From: Pseudomonadales bacterium
Lineage (GTDB): Bacteria; Pseudomonadota; Gammaproteobacteria; Pseudomonadales; UBA7434
Length of the DNA: 64,000 nucleotides
Direction: 5' to 3'
Assembly: GCA_013043705.1 (NCBI GenBank)
Contig: JABDNS010000108.1
Coordinates: 17-64,016, forward strand
The notes below the pieces were generated by a model. That model saw nothing but the letters and a program-made list of their open reading frames with translations, was not told the DNA's origin and did not search any database. This document shows positions 8,776 to 19,309 of this stretch, piece after piece. The translations under genes and the position numbers were made by a program. Numbering within the stretch: position 1 is the first letter of the stretch; each line of letters starts with the position of its first letter.

Positions 8776-9504
8776 CTAGCGCTCGCCACCCAGTTGAAAG
8801 CGAAGCTCACCAAACTCGCTCTGCAGGTAATCGAGTAGTGCGTAACAAAATAATGCGATGCCGATCATTTCGCAAAGTTCTTCGAGGGTATAAAGCACGT
8901 AGTAGCCAATAGTATCGAAGCCTTCAATATCAGCTTGCCTGGCACTGAAAATTTCAAAGCCAAACGCGCCCGATAAAAACAACGTGCCTGATACGATGAA
9001 TAGCAACATGGTTTTGCGCGGCAATGCAAAAACAAAGCGCATATAAGAGAGGGCGAAAAGCAGCATTAATATGGCGTACGGCACCACCCAGGCAAAAAAC
9101 AGAAAGCCCTCCGCCTTAACCAACTCGTAGTCTTCTACCAGGTCGCCCACCTCTTCATGCAAGGCCAGCGCTTCGTCACAACCCAGGTAGACAAAAATAA
9201 TGGCGAGGAAAAACCAATGGTTTTTGAACGGCGCATCTTCGCGACGCTTGAATACCGAAATACAGCTGAGGATCATCGCGCAAAATAGTATGGCCAAGGC
9301 TGAATATAAAGACGGGAAATTCTTTTCGTAGTCGAAGTCGAACATACGCACGCCTTCGAATACATCGAAATCATTAATAATAAAAATTAGCGAAAACTGC
9401 GCAATATGCAAAACCGCCAGGACAAAAATGATCCATAGCAGGGTTTTTAATACGGCTTTGGGGGCAAGCGTAAAGTGCACGCGCCAGATCCTTTGATTGG
9501 GCAA
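8776..9504 (-). CDS. Hypothetical multi-pass membrane protein (about 6 TM); family not recognised
   Basis: The 242-aa ORF has repeated hydrophobic segments and acidic loops (CDEALALHEEVGDLVEDYE, YTLEELCEMIG). It is visibly more AT-rich than its neighbours. Confidence 0.6.
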   Translation of the reverse strand: MPNQRIWRVHFTLAPKAVLKTLLWIIFVLAVLHIAQFSLIFIINDFDVFEGVRMFDFDYEKNFPSLYSALAILFCAMILSCISVFKRREDAPFKNHWFFLAIIFVYLGCDEALALHEEVGDLVEDYELVKAEGFLFFAWVVPYAILMLLFALSYMRFVFALPRKTMLLFIVSGTLFLSGAFGFEIFSARQADIEGFDTIGYYVLYTLEELCEMIGIALFCYALLDYLQSEFGELRFQLGGER

Positions 9505-9595
9505 TTAGCCGCGCGGGAGATGTGCTAAAGGTATGCGTGATTGCGGCCAAGCGCAAGTGCTGTACGAAGCAGGATTTTCGTGGTTGCGCCGCCGG

Positions 9596-10141
9596 CTAAG
9601 GGGCATCGGATTTACAAGTGGCAGTGCAGGCATTTTGCAGCAAGCGTTGCGCGATCCAATCACCCACCATGTTGGCTTGCACCAGGTGTGCAGCGTAAAA
9701 GGCGTGTAGGCATTTTATCCGCGAGAAATTTGCTACGCCGCCAATGCCACGCGCCAGCAAGCCCTCCAGGTAACCGTGTTGTTCAAGCACTAATCGCTCG
9801 GCCGGCAGCAGTAACGACTCGCGCAATGCAGCGTGAGCCAGGTGATCTGCCGCCAACGCCTCGCGATCATTTTTGCCGGCGTACACCCGCGCCTGAAACT
9901 CGTCAATCACAGCGGCCGCCTCCAGCCGGTCGATGGCCAGGCGTAGATCGGGAGATACCAGCCAGAAAGTTGTCGGGAATGGCGCGGCGTCAACCACACT
10001 AGCCACGCGAATAACCGCCGGTCGGCCAGTTTCATCGCGCGCCGCCACCCCCTGCAGCCCTCGCGGCGTGCGGCCCAGCCACTTAGCTACCAGCGCCTGC
10101 TCGTCGGCACTGGCGGGTGTTTCGCTGTAATGATCACCCAT
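9596..10141 (-). CDS. DUF501-like protein
   Basis: The segment PFPTTFWLVSPDLRLAIDRLEAAAVIDEF, together with C-terminal Cys/His residues, resembles DUF501 as I remember it. The start is placed at MGDHYSE. Confidence 0.5.
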   Translation of the reverse strand: MGDHYSETPASADEQALVAKWLGRTPRGLQGVAARDETGRPAVIRVASVVDAAPFPTTFWLVSPDLRLAIDRLEAAAVIDEFQARVYAGKNDREALAADHLAHAALRESLLLPAERLVLEQHGYLEGLLARGIGGVANFSRIKCLHAFYAAHLVQANMVGDWIAQRLLQNACTATCKSDAP

Positions 10142-10171
10142 GCAAAACCACAATCACTGACAGGCAGGCAT

Positions 10172-10197
10172 AAAAAAGCCCGGCGTTTCGCCGGGCT
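10172..10197 (-). terminator. Rho-independent terminator after etfA
   Basis: The minus strand forms the hairpin AGCCCGGCG-AAA-CGCCGGGCT followed by TTTTTT. Confidence 0.6.
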
Positions 10198-10244
10198 CTC
10201 CTATAATCGGCATAAGCTAGCTGCAATGCCACGCCACCCCTGGC

Positions 10245-11177
10245 CTATAATTTTTCGGCTAATTCGGGCAAGACATTAAACAAGTCGGCCACCAAACCGT
10301 AATCCGCTACCTGGAATATTGGCGCCTCTTCATCTTTATTAATTGCGACAATGACTTTCGAGTCTTTCATGCCGGCAAGATGCTGGATGGCGCCAGAAAT
10401 TCCCACTGCAATATAAAGATCTGGCGCGACGATTTTACCAGTCTGGCCCACTTGCATGTCGTTAGGCACGAAGCCTGCATCGACGGCAGCGCGCGATGCA
10501 CCCATTGCGGCGTTAAGTTTGTCGGCTACCGCTTCAATCAATTTAAAATTTTCGCCATTTTGCATGCCGCGGCCACCTGATACCACCACTTTCGCTGCAG
10601 TAAGCTCAGGGCGGTCAGACTTGACGATTTCCTCGCCAACAAATTCGGAAATACCTGCATCATGCACCGCGGCAATATTGTCAACCGCCGCTGAACCACC
10701 GCTTGATGCAACCGCATCGAACGCTGTTCCGCGCACCGTGAGAACCTTTTTCGCATCGGACGACTGCACCGTTGCAATAACGTTGCCCGCATAAATAGGC
10801 CGCTCGAATGTGTCGCTACTTACAACGCCCGAAATTTCTGAAATCATTTGCACGTCGAGCAGCGCAGCCGCGCGCGGCAAATAGTTTTTACCAGCGGTAG
10901 TAGCCGGCGCCAGAATGTGCTCGTAATCGACGGCTACCTCCGCAACCAGCGCACCTATATTTTCGGCAAGCTGGTGCGCATAGGCGGCGTTGTCGGCGCA
11001 CAGCACCTTGCTAACACCCTCTGCCGCAGCGGCCTGCTGGGCGACGTCGCCACAAGCTTCGCCCGCAACCAGTACATGAATATCACCACCAATCGCCTTC
11101 GCAGCGGCAATCGTATTTAGCGTGGCTTCCTTTAACTGGGTATTGTCGTGTTCGGCTACAACCAGGATACTCATCAA
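10245..11177 (-). CDS. etfA: Electron transfer flavoprotein subunit alpha
   Basis: The 310-aa ORF has the C-terminal FAD-binding motif [31 protein letters not shown]. Confidence 0.95.
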   Translation of the reverse strand: MMSILVVAEHDNTQLKEATLNTIAAAKAIGGDIHVLVAGEACGDVAQQAAAAEGVSKVLCADNAAYAHQLAENIGALVAEVAVDYEHILAPATTAGKNYLPRAAALLDVQMISEISGVVSSDTFERPIYAGNVIATVQSSDAKKVLTVRGTAFDAVASSGGSAAVDNIAAVHDAGISEFVGEEIVKSDRPELTAAKVVVSGGRGMQNGENFKLIEAVADKLNAAMGASRAAVDAGFVPNDMQVGQTGKIVAPDLYIAVGISGAIQHLAGMKDSKVIVAINKDEEAPIFQVADYGLVADLFNVLPELAEKL

Positions 11178-11923
11178 ATCACCTTCGCTTCGTTTTTGAG
11201 TTTATCGATCAGCTCATCTAAGCTCTCGACTTTCACACCCGCTTCGCGCTCCGCAGGCGGCGCCACTTTTACCAGCTTCAAACGCGCGCCCAGATCTACG
11301 CCCAGGTCGCCCGGTGACATAGTATCGAGCGGCTTTTTCTTGGCTTTCATTATGTTCGGCAACGACGCGTAGCGGGGCTCGTTGAGGCGCAAGTCGGTGG
11401 TAACAATGGCCGGCAGCTTAAGCTTGACGGTTTGCAGGCCACCATCGATTTCACGCGTAACGCTTACGCTGTCGCCGTCAATTTCTACTTTCGATGCAAA
11501 CGTGCCCTGCGGCATATTGGCCAATGCGCCGAGCATTTGACCTGTCTGGTTATTGTCGCCATCGATGGCCTGCTTGCCCAGAATCACCAGGTCGGGGCTT
11601 TCCTTATCGATAACTGCCTTTATGGCCTTGGCCACTCCCAGCGGCTCTGGGAATTCGTCGGTTTCGACCAGGATGGCTCTATCGGCACCCAGCGCTAGCG
11701 CTGTGCGCAATTGCTCCTGGCAAACCTTGGGGCCTACAGAAACCGCGATGATTTCGGTTGCCTTGCCCGCTTCTTTCAAGCGCACCGCCTCCTCTATCGC
11801 GATTTCGCAAAACGGGTTAACCGCCATCTTGACGTTGGCCAGATCGACATCGCTGCCGTCTGATTTGGGTCGCACCTTGACGTTGTAGTCAATGACGCGC
11901 TTGACTGCTACCAGAACTTTCAT
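11174..11923 (-). CDS. etfB: Electron transfer flavoprotein subunit beta
   Basis: [20 protein letters not shown] is the canonical EtfB N-terminus, so the start is trimmed from the ORF-track 12031 to the ATG at 11923. The gene overlaps etfA by 4 nt. Confidence 0.95.
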   Translation of the reverse strand: MKVLVAVKRVIDYNVKVRPKSDGSDVDLANVKMAVNPFCEIAIEEAVRLKEAGKATEIIAVSVGPKVCQEQLRTALALGADRAILVETDEFPEPLGVAKAIKAVIDKESPDLVILGKQAIDGDNNQTGQMLGALANMPQGTFASKVEIDGDSVSVTREIDGGLQTVKLKLPAIVTTDLRLNEPRYASLPNIMKAKKKPLDTMSPGDLGVDLGARLKLVKVAPPAEREAGVKVESLDELIDKLKNEAKVI

Positions 11924-12425
11924 AGAGTCTCCGCAGGGATAAACGAGGTGGATAAAATGCGGCTGGCGGAGTGGCATCGAGCTCGATGCATGCCAGCGCG
12001 GGGCAAAAACAGCGCAGTATAATGTCGGCAAAGTGCGATCAGGTCAAGCACTCCTATCGTGGAAATTTCGGTCATTTTGACGCGCCGCCAGCGCGCGCTC
12101 GCCGAACCGGGGGCAACCGCCGAAATCGGCGCGACTGCTCGCCCCCACATCGACGCTTGCCTGCTGGTCGCCCCGAGGTAGTTTGCATATAATCGGCGCC
12201 GCTTCTGGCCGTTGCAGTTATTGAAACCGCAATTGCCAGCACCCGCTGCGGCTTTGTTCCCGCCGGCTCGATCCGGCGATCTATCGCGCCCGACACAGGC
12301 GCCTGCGTTACACAGGCTTGGGCTGGCGCCTGCTCCGACCTTTAATACGGCACGGAGCGAGCAACCGATCATCGAGGTGCATTGCCAAGATCGCAATTTG
12401 CATAAAGTTCACGAGGAAAGAAATT

Positions 12426-14069
12426 GTGGAAAGAGAATCAATGGAGTTCGACGTTGTCGTTATTGGCGCAGGCCCGGCGGGGTTATCCACCGCCTGCAAG
12501 CTCGCTCAGCTTGCCCAGGCTGCAGAGCGCGAACTAAGCATTTGCGTAGTCGAAAAGGGCTCTGAGGTTGGCGCACATATTTTGTCTGGGGCGGTCCTCG
12601 ACCCCAAAGCGATGCAGGAGCTGTTTCCCAACTGGCAGGAATTGGGTGCGCCGCTGAACGTACCGGTGAGCGAAGACCGGGTTATGTTTCTTACCGGAGA
12701 TTCAGGCGCGCTACCTGTTCCAACCGTTTTCGCACCGGGCCTTAAAAACCACGGCAACTACGTAATTAGCCTGGGCAACGTTTGCCGCTGGCTGGCCGAG
12801 CAGGCCGAGGGCATGGGCGTAGAAATTTATCCAGGATTTGCCGCCGCCGAAGTGCTCTATCACGAAGACGGCCGCGTTAAGGGTGTCGCAACGGGCGATA
12901 TGGGCATTAGCGAAAACGGCGAGAAAAAGGACAGCTACATGCCAGGCATGGAGCTACATGCAAAATACACAGTGTTTGCCGAAGGCTGCCGGGGGCACCT
13001 TGGCAAACAATTGATTGCTAAGTACGAGCTCGACAAGAACAGCGAGCCACAGCACTACGGCATTGGCTTCAAAGAAGTCTGGGAAATCGATCCCGCGCTG
13101 CACAAGCCCGGGCTGGTGATTCACACCATGGGATGGCCTGCGGCGAAAAACACCGTGTCCGGCTCCTACCTGTACCACGCCGAGGACAACCAGGTTGCGC
13201 TGGGCTATGTAGTGCCGCTGAGCTACGAGAACCCACACCTGTCGCCGTTCGACGAATTCCAGCAGTGGAAGCAACACGACAAAATAAAAGCCTACCTGAA
13301 GGGTGGCAAGCGCCTGACCTATGGGGCACGCGCGCTGATAAAAGGCGGCCCGCAGGCGCGGCCAAAAATGTCTTTTCCGGGCGGCTTGCTGATCGGTGAC
13401 GATGCCGGCACGCTGAACTTCGCGCGCATCAAAGGCAGCCACACCGCCATGAAGTCGGGCATTATCGCCGCCGAAACCTTGTTCGACACCTTGGCCGCCG
13501 AGTCGCCCGCCGCGGAGCCCGCCAACTACGCGGAGAATTTTGACAAATCCTGGCTAAATGAAGAGCTCACCAAGTGGCGCAACTTCGGCCCGATGGTGCA
13601 TAAATTTGGCGGCATTATTGGCGGCGCACTGTCTTTTATCGACCAGGGAATTTTGCAAGGCAAGCTGCCAATCACACTAGCGGATAAAACCCCGGACCAC
13701 GCTACACTCAAGCCTGCTGCGGATATGCCAAAGATCGCCTACCCCAAACCCGACAACGTAATTAGCTTCGACAAACTGTCGTCAGTGTTTTTATCCAACA
13801 CCAACCACGAAGAAGACCAGCCCTGCCACCTGCACTTAATAGATCCGAGTATTCCGCTGGATAAAAACCTGCCACTCTACGATGAACCGGCGCAGCGCTA
13901 CTGCCCTGCGGGCGTTTATGAAATTGTTGAGAAAGAGGGCAAAAAGGAATTTCAAATTAATGCGCAGAACTGCGTGCACTGCAAAACCTGCGACATTAAA
14001 GACCCGGCACAGAACATTGTTTGGGTTACGCCTGAAGGCAGCGGCGGCCCCAATTACCCCAACATGTAG
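12426..14069 (+). CDS. Electron transfer flavoprotein-ubiquinone oxidoreductase (ETF-QO)
   Basis: FDVVVIGAGPAGLS is the FAD fold, and the C-terminal 4Fe-4S motif is CVHCKTCDIKDP. The proposed GTG start at 12426 is preceded by AGGAAAG. The ATG at 12441 is the alternative. Confidence 0.92.
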   Translation: MERESMEFDVVVIGAGPAGLSTACKLAQLAQAAERELSICVVEKGSEVGAHILSGAVLDPKAMQELFPNWQELGAPLNVPVSEDRVMFLTGDSGALPVPTVFAPGLKNHGNYVISLGNVCRWLAEQAEGMGVEIYPGFAAAEVLYHEDGRVKGVATGDMGISENGEKKDSYMPGMELHAKYTVFAEGCRGHLGKQLIAKYELDKNSEPQHYGIGFKEVWEIDPALHKPGLVIHTMGWPAAKNTVSGSYLYHAEDNQVALGYVVPLSYENPHLSPFDEFQQWKQHDKIKAYLKGGKRLTYGARALIKGGPQARPKMSFPGGLLIGDDAGTLNFARIKGSHTAMKSGIIAAETLFDTLAAESPAAEPANYAENFDKSWLNEELTKWRNFGPMVHKFGGIIGGALSFIDQGILQGKLPITLADKTPDHATLKPAADMPKIAYPKPDNVISFDKLSSVFLSNTNHEEDQPCHLHLIDPSIPLDKNLPLYDEPAQRYCPAGVYEIVEKEGKKEFQINAQNCVHCKTCDIKDPAQNIVWVTPEGSGGPNYPNM

Positions 14070-14070
14070 G

Positions 14071-14643
14071 CTAGCACTGGCCAAGTGGAAATTTAATTCC
14101 GCAGGAGCGCACAAAAAGCTGGGCTTCATCGCCAGGGCTTGTTGCAGGCTCGGCGCGCTCGATGAGCTGGTAGTAGGTGTTACGGCTAAAGCGTGCGTAG
14201 AGCCCATCCCTAACCAGCACCGCGGGCAAAGCCTGGCTTGCACCTGCAGCATTCTCAAACTCGGCTGACGCTTTTGGCAACAGCACTAAAGGATGCGCCT
14301 CGCCTACACAAAGCTTGTCACCGCAATTGGTAACAATGCTTAATTCCTGTTGCTCTGGGCGCTGCTGCTCACCGTCGCCATCGATATCCAGCTGAACTAC
14401 CAGAAACGGCAGGTCTTCAACACGAATACGCAGCAATTGCTCGGGCGCACGTAAATAATAGTGCCCACCATCACAAATCAGCTGGCTTGCAAATAGCTTA
14501 ACCATTTCAGGTCGTTCGATTGGCGTTCCGCGATAACTCCAGGCACCACTGCTGTGGATTGTGATATCAATGCGGCCTTTACGGGTGTTTGCAGAAGATT
14601 CGCCAGGCACCGCATTAAAAATTTTATCCAGCTCGTCGTGCAT
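14071..14643 (-). CDS. DUF1285 domain protein
   Basis: This 190-aa ORF contains IHSSGAWSYRGTPIERPEMVKLFASQL...YYLRAPEQLLRIRVEDLPF, which is characteristic of DUF1285. Confidence 0.65.
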   Translation of the reverse strand: MHDELDKIFNAVPGESSANTRKGRIDITIHSSGAWSYRGTPIERPEMVKLFASQLICDGGHYYLRAPEQLLRIRVEDLPFLVVQLDIDGDGEQQRPEQQELSIVTNCGDKLCVGEAHPLVLLPKASAEFENAAGASQALPAVLVRDGLYARFSRNTYYQLIERAEPATSPGDEAQLFVRSCGIKFPLGQC

Positions 14644-14666
14644 AAAAAAACTTTCTCGGGCGCGGG

Positions 14667-15233
14667 TTAACTTTCTCCGGCCAGCAGCGCCGCCGCGCGT
14701 GACAATGCCGCATTGAGACGTCGTTTTTCTTCCGCCTCGCTCGCGCCATCTTCCACCACAATGTTGAGCGTGTCAAAAACCTGCCGATCGCTAGTATCCG
14801 CCAACGTGAGGATAATATTTTTATTGGTCGACGTGGTGCGCGAAGCAAATTTCAGAATAAAACCGGGTCGCAGTGTGGCCGTGTCGCTGATTGCTTCAAC
14901 CGAAAGAAAGTAAACACTAAGCTGGCCGGCCAGCGCGCTAACTTTTTCACGGTCATCGCCAGCAACAAACAATGGCGTAGCTTTAGAAATAGGATAGTCC
15001 TGCTTGCGCTCTATACGATAGCCGCGAAATACCGGCAAGTCAGGCTGTATGTGGCTAACAAGCCTGTGCGCCGCGGCACGGGTATCGGTTAGGCTGCAAG
15101 CCGAGCACAGCGCTGATACTACCACTGCAACCGCTAGCTTGATGCTGCGTTTAACACTGCAACGGACAAAAGATTTAAAGCGTAAGCAACCTGCATGTGC
15201 GCTCACTACGGGCGTAAATGGGGGAACTGGCAT
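14667..15233 (-). CDS. Hypothetical exported protein or lipoprotein
   Basis: It has a signal-peptide-like segment KRSIKLAVAVVVSALCSACS. No family was recognised and the start is uncertain. Confidence 0.45.
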   Translation of the reverse strand: MPVPPFTPVVSAHAGCLRFKSFVRCSVKRSIKLAVAVVVSALCSACSLTDTRAAAHRLVSHIQPDLPVFRGYRIERKQDYPISKATPLFVAGDDREKVSALAGQLSVYFLSVEAISDTATLRPGFILKFASRTTSTNKNIILTLADTSDRQVFDTLNIVVEDGASEAEEKRRLNAALSRAAALLAGES

Positions 15234-15525
15234 AATCAGGCAAAACCATGGCTACGCGGCAATACAAAAAACGCAAAGGGCTATTGGCCCGGCAATGCGT
15301 AGTGAGCACGCGGCGTGTGAACGATAGTTTAAAGCCTAGTTGCTTGTGGCAGGCAAAAAGCGCTTTGCAGGCACAAGCGAGAATGTGCAAACGGCGGGCA
15401 GGGCTCAAAATGCGAAGCAGGTCTCATTGCGAGGCCTGCGCTGGGGATAGTAGCGTTAGCTACTGCGGCTTACCATTGCAATTTGTTATCGCAACAAGCC
15501 ATCGCGATACACCAAATAAAAGTGA

Positions 15526-16695
15526 CTACAACAGTCGCACCACAATCACGCCATCGATGGCCTCCAGCTCCTTGACCACCGCGCCAGAAGGTTTCTTTTC
15601 CACATCAATAATATTGTAGGCAATGTCATCACGACTCTTGTTCAACAGGTCGATAACGTTGATCTCGTGCTCGGCGAGTATTGAGGTAATACTACCCAAC
15701 ATATTCGGCACATTGCGGTTACAAATGCTAAGCCGGAATCCAGATGTTCGCTCCAGCGTCAGCGGCGGGAAGTTCACCGAGTTAACCACATTGCCATCGC
15801 GCAAATAACTATGCAGCTGCCGGGCGGCCATTACCGCACAATTAACCTCCGCTTCTTCAGTGCTCGCGCCAATATGCGGCATTAGAATCACGTCGTCGCG
15901 GCCAATCATGCCAGGCTTGGGGAAGTCCGCAATGTAGCCTGCCAATTTACCTGCATCCAGCGCCGCAATAACCGCATCGCCATCAACAATTTCTGAGCGC
16001 GCAAAATTCAGTATCTTGCAGGTTGGCCGCGCCATGGCCAACAGTTTTTCATTGACCAGGTCGCGCGTTGCATCGAGCACTGGAAGATGCAGGGTAATAA
16101 AATCGGCCCGACCAAACAGCGCCTCGATCGAATCCATTTTTTCGACCTCGCTGGAAAGCCGCCACGCAGCTTCAATAGATATTGCAGGGTCGTAGCCAAT
16201 AACATTCATGCCCATGCCTAGCGCCATATTGGCAACCTGGGAGCCTATTGCACCCAGCCCGACTACGCCCAGCGTCTTGCCCTGGATTTCGCCGCCTTTA
16301 AAGCGCTTCTTTTCTTTTTCGAGCAATTTGTTCATGGCATCCGCATCTTCCAGCGAAGCCAGCTCGCCCACATACTTAATGCCCGGCACAATGCCACGCG
16401 AACCCAACAACAGGCCCGCCATCACCAGCTCTTTTACTGCATTGGCATTCGCGCCAGGTGCATTAAATACCGCCACGCCGCGCTCTGTACAAATATCTAC
16501 GGGCACATTATTAACGCCCGCACCGGCGCGCCCGATCGCCTTCACCGACGCTTCAATCTCATCTGGCTGCAGCTTGTGACTGCGCAGCAATATGGCATCT
16601 GGCTCGCTTAGCTCTGCACTGACCTCACAATCGAGCTCCTCAAGCGTGGCGATACCCTTGGCGGCAATATTGTTGAACGTTTTAACCTTGAACAC
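15526..16695 (-). CDS. serA: D-isomer 2-hydroxyacid dehydrogenase with C-terminal ACT domain, probable 3-phosphoglycerate dehydrogenase
   Basis: The 389-aa ORF has the NAD-binding motif GVVGLGAIGSQVA and the catalytic-region motif MPHIGASTEEAE. The C-terminal roughly 70 aa look like an ACT domain. Confidence 0.8.
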   Translation of the reverse strand: MFKVKTFNNIAAKGIATLEELDCEVSAELSEPDAILLRSHKLQPDEIEASVKAIGRAGAGVNNVPVDICTERGVAVFNAPGANANAVKELVMAGLLLGSRGIVPGIKYVGELASLEDADAMNKLLEKEKKRFKGGEIQGKTLGVVGLGAIGSQVANMALGMGMNVIGYDPAISIEAAWRLSSEVEKMDSIEALFGRADFITLHLPVLDATRDLVNEKLLAMARPTCKILNFARSEIVDGDAVIAALDAGKLAGYIADFPKPGMIGRDDVILMPHIGASTEEAEVNCAVMAARQLHSYLRDGNVVNSVNFPPLTLERTSGFRLSICNRNVPNMLGSITSILAEHEINVIDLLNKSRDDIAYNIIDVEKKPSGAVVKELEAIDGVIVVRLL

Positions 16696-16736
16696 TGCTA
16701 AGACAACTCCCGATTAGCTTTAAAAAATTTGAAAAC

Positions 16737-18647
16737 CTAGAATCGTTTTACTTCGGCCGATTCACGCAGGCTTTCGAGATAGGCGAAAATTTCCTGGTTC
16801 GCGGTCATCGCGGCCATTTGCTGGGCGAAGAAAGCTTGTTGCTGTTCATCCATAACATCGGCCTCTTCCACGACCTCGTTAATGCGATACACGTATTTTT
16901 TACCGGCTTCGCCATCAACCACGTAGGCAGCAGCACCCGCTGCGCTCTTGGCGCGCTGAAAAATAGCATCGCGAACCGCTTGTGGAACATCGCTAGACTG
17001 CCTGGTTAACTCCAGGTCCTCGCGCACATCAAGGCCCTTGTCTTTTGCGACACTGGCAAGCTCGCCGGCTGCACTGGCAGCAGCGCGAACTTCCTCTGCG
17101 AGGCGCTCTAGCTCGGTGGCAATTTTTTGCTCGCGAAGTCGCGCTACAACCCGCTCGCGCACTTCATCCAGGCTTTGCTGGCGCGGCTCATTTTCCCGGG
17201 TAACCCTAAGCACAACGGCCTGGGTGTCGCTCAGCTCAATTAGTTCGCTGTTCAGCCTATCTTGCAAAACCTCAGCTTCAAACAGCGCAGCTAGAACGCG
17301 TGGATTGTTAAATACAATATTCTCATTTATAGAAGCAGCTTCGCCTTGCAGGCCACTCTGCGCAATGCCCTCAACCGCTTTTGGCTCGGTGCCGGCAACC
17401 TCGGCAGGCTCCTTCAAATCTATTGCATTAAACGCCACGTCGGCTACGCGCTCGAGTAGCGTCGCGAATTGCCGCGATGCTTTACGCTGCTGGATCTGGT
17501 CAACAATGGAAGCACGCAGCTCTTCAAAACCAGGCGGATCGACTTCTTCAATTTCTGTAACAGTAATCACGTGGACGCCTGCGTCGGTTACAACCGGGCC
17601 GGAAACCTCACCTTCCGCCAACTCATACACCGTGTTTTCAAACGCTTCAGGGAAGGTACCATCGCGCGCGGTAAAACCAAGGTCACCGCCATCTTCGGCT
17701 GATACCGTATCGGCGGAATATTGCTTGGCCAAATCGGCAAAGCGCTCGCCAGCTTTAATCCTGGCAGATAGCTCAAGCGCACGCGCCTCGGCTGCTTGCT
17801 GATCCTGCTCCCCATCCTCTCCCACAGCCAAAAGAATATGCGCAACACGACGACGCTCGCTGGCTTCGAACTGTTCCATTTGCAGCTCATATTCAGCGCG
17901 CACCTCGGCGTCTTCAACCGACTCTACCAAATCCTGTTGATCCAGCAGCAAGTACTCCGCATCTACCGTGCGCTGCGTGACAAACTCCGACTCATGCGTC
18001 TGGTAAAACTGTTCAATACTGGCTTCGTCAATTTCGCCGATCTGCACCTGCTCCGGACCGAGCTCGATTAATTCGGCGCGTCGCTTTTCATTGAGTATTT
18101 TAATTAGCAGTGCGGTGTTTTCGTCTGTAACAAAGCTGCTCTGGCCAATGGCACTGCGCAACTGGCCTATACGCAGCTCTTCCGCAAGACGCTGCTTGAG
18201 GATATTGAGGTTGAAGCCATTGTCAGCTAGCACTCGCGACATCTGCTGGTTGGAAAACTTGCCATCGACCTGGAAGTCAGGCGTTCGCACGATGGATTGC
18301 TGAATCATACGCTCTGGCGTACTGAGCGCCATTTTTTCAAAGGCCTGCTCGACGACAGCCGCCTGGATCAAAAAGTCTATCGCCTGCGGGCGCAATCTTT
18401 CCTCGCTTAGCGCTGCATAGTCGATGTTCTCACCCATATTCGCCGCGGTCTGGTTGCGCAGCATTAACATTTGTTGCGCCAGTTGCGCGCCATCAACTTC
18501 CTTGCCGTTTACTTCCAGCACTGCGGCGGGGCCGCCGCCACCGGTGAGCAGAGATTCAGCACCAAACAATACGAATGGCACAATAATGATTGCAAGCAGC
18601 ACCTTGCCGGCGCGGCCTTTAATGCCGTCTCTAAACTTTCTTAACAT
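16737..18647 (-). CDS. ppiD: Periplasmic chaperone / peptidyl-prolyl isomerase PpiD
   Basis: The 636-aa ORF has an N-terminal TM anchor, a SurA-like N-domain and a central parvulin-like segment. It occupies the conserved position after hupB. Confidence 0.85.
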   Translation of the reverse strand: MLRKFRDGIKGRAGKVLLAIIIVPFVLFGAESLLTGGGGPAAVLEVNGKEVDGAQLAQQMLMLRNQTAANMGENIDYAALSEERLRPQAIDFLIQAAVVEQAFEKMALSTPERMIQQSIVRTPDFQVDGKFSNQQMSRVLADNGFNLNILKQRLAEELRIGQLRSAIGQSSFVTDENTALLIKILNEKRRAELIELGPEQVQIGEIDEASIEQFYQTHESEFVTQRTVDAEYLLLDQQDLVESVEDAEVRAEYELQMEQFEASERRRVAHILLAVGEDGEQDQQAAEARALELSARIKAGERFADLAKQYSADTVSAEDGGDLGFTARDGTFPEAFENTVYELAEGEVSGPVVTDAGVHVITVTEIEEVDPPGFEELRASIVDQIQQRKASRQFATLLERVADVAFNAIDLKEPAEVAGTEPKAVEGIAQSGLQGEAASINENIVFNNPRVLAALFEAEVLQDRLNSELIELSDTQAVVLRVTRENEPRQQSLDEVRERVVARLREQKIATELERLAEEVRAAASAAGELASVAKDKGLDVREDLELTRQSSDVPQAVRDAIFQRAKSAAGAAAYVVDGEAGKKYVYRINEVVEEADVMDEQQQAFFAQQMAAMTANQEIFAYLESLRESAEVKRF

Positions 18648-18721
18648 GCGAAACTAGATTACCTGTAAATAATTAACTTGATGCACCTGGCCCCGGGCAA
18701 GCCGTCCGACTGGATTTACGC

Positions 18722-18997
18722 TTAAGTATTTACCGCGTCTTTCAACGCTTTGCCGGGTTTGAAGCCTGGTACACGCGAAGCCTTGATCTGGATTGCCTCA
18801 CCGGTTTGCGGATTCCGACCCGTGCGCGCGCTGCGCTCCTTAACCTGGAACGAGCCAAAACCCACTAAATTAATTTGGGCGCCATCGCGCAGGGATTCTG
18901 CAATAGACTCCAGCGTTGCATCGAGCGCCCTGCCCGCAGCTGCTTTGGATAGATCTGCAGAAAGTGCAATCGCATCAATTAACTCGGATTTATTCAT
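18722..18997 (-). CDS. hupB: DNA-binding protein HU-beta
   Basis: [11 protein letters not shown]...[28 protein letters not shown] identifies HU. The start is trimmed to the internal ATG at 18997. Confidence 0.93.
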   Translation of the reverse strand: MNKSELIDAIALSADLSKAAAGRALDATLESIAESLRDGAQINLVGFGSFQVKERSARTGRNPQTGEAIQIKASRVPGFKPGKALKDAVNT

Positions 18998-19285
18998 CAG
19001 GTTTTTTCTCCCGGGAAATTTGTTCACCGCGCGGTGGCGGCGTTATCGAAAGCGCACCGATCACTAAACCGAAAATGCAGGGGTTTCGAGCTACGGCTAG
19101 CGCGACATTTGAGAAGAGGACTGCCACAGGGGCAATTCAGCCGCGCGACTTTATAACAAAGGCAAGAACAGGGTCAAGGGAAAGCCGGCGCGCAAATGAC
19201 GCTTCTAGCGAGCAGCGCACATATGCGGGCAGTGCGAGGCTTTTGCGGTTCCCATTTACTTGCTTTTATGTTTACAAATGGGCTA

Positions 19286-19309
19286 AAAACCCACCTTTTA
19301 GTGGGTTTT
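19286..19309 (-). terminator. Hairpin overlapping the lon stop codon (weak intrinsic terminator)
   Basis: The hairpin AAAACCCAC-loop-GTGGGTTTT has U residues only within and just after the stem. Confidence 0.3.

Noticed and set aside
8426-8813. Two overlapping ORFs in the recA upstream region (8426-8683 on the plus strand, 85 aa; 8529-8813 on the minus strand, 94 aa).
   Set aside because: They have no ribosome-binding site and no recognisable family. They span the tandem repeat, the SOS box and the promoter. The region is better explained as recA leader and regulatory DNA.
12032-12425. A possible shared operator (ATTTGCATA-like words near 12183 and 12396) in the etfB / ETF-QO divergent region.
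   Set aside because: There are only two short, imperfect occurrences in a 400-bp GC-rich spacer, so I cannot distinguish this from chance without genome-wide motif statistics.
17038-17802. A 254-aa plus-strand ORF antisense to ppiD. Similar long antisense ORFs occur at 34891-35577 (opposite fabD), 41570-42319 (opposite rluC), 36240-36860 (opposite yceD) and 2631-3224 (opposite the RND pump).
   Set aside because: Each lies entirely opposite a gene with unmistakable family motifs. Their translations are Ser/Ala/Arg/Pro-rich low-complexity strings typical of the antisense frames of GC-rich genes. None has a recognisable domain or ribosome-binding site.
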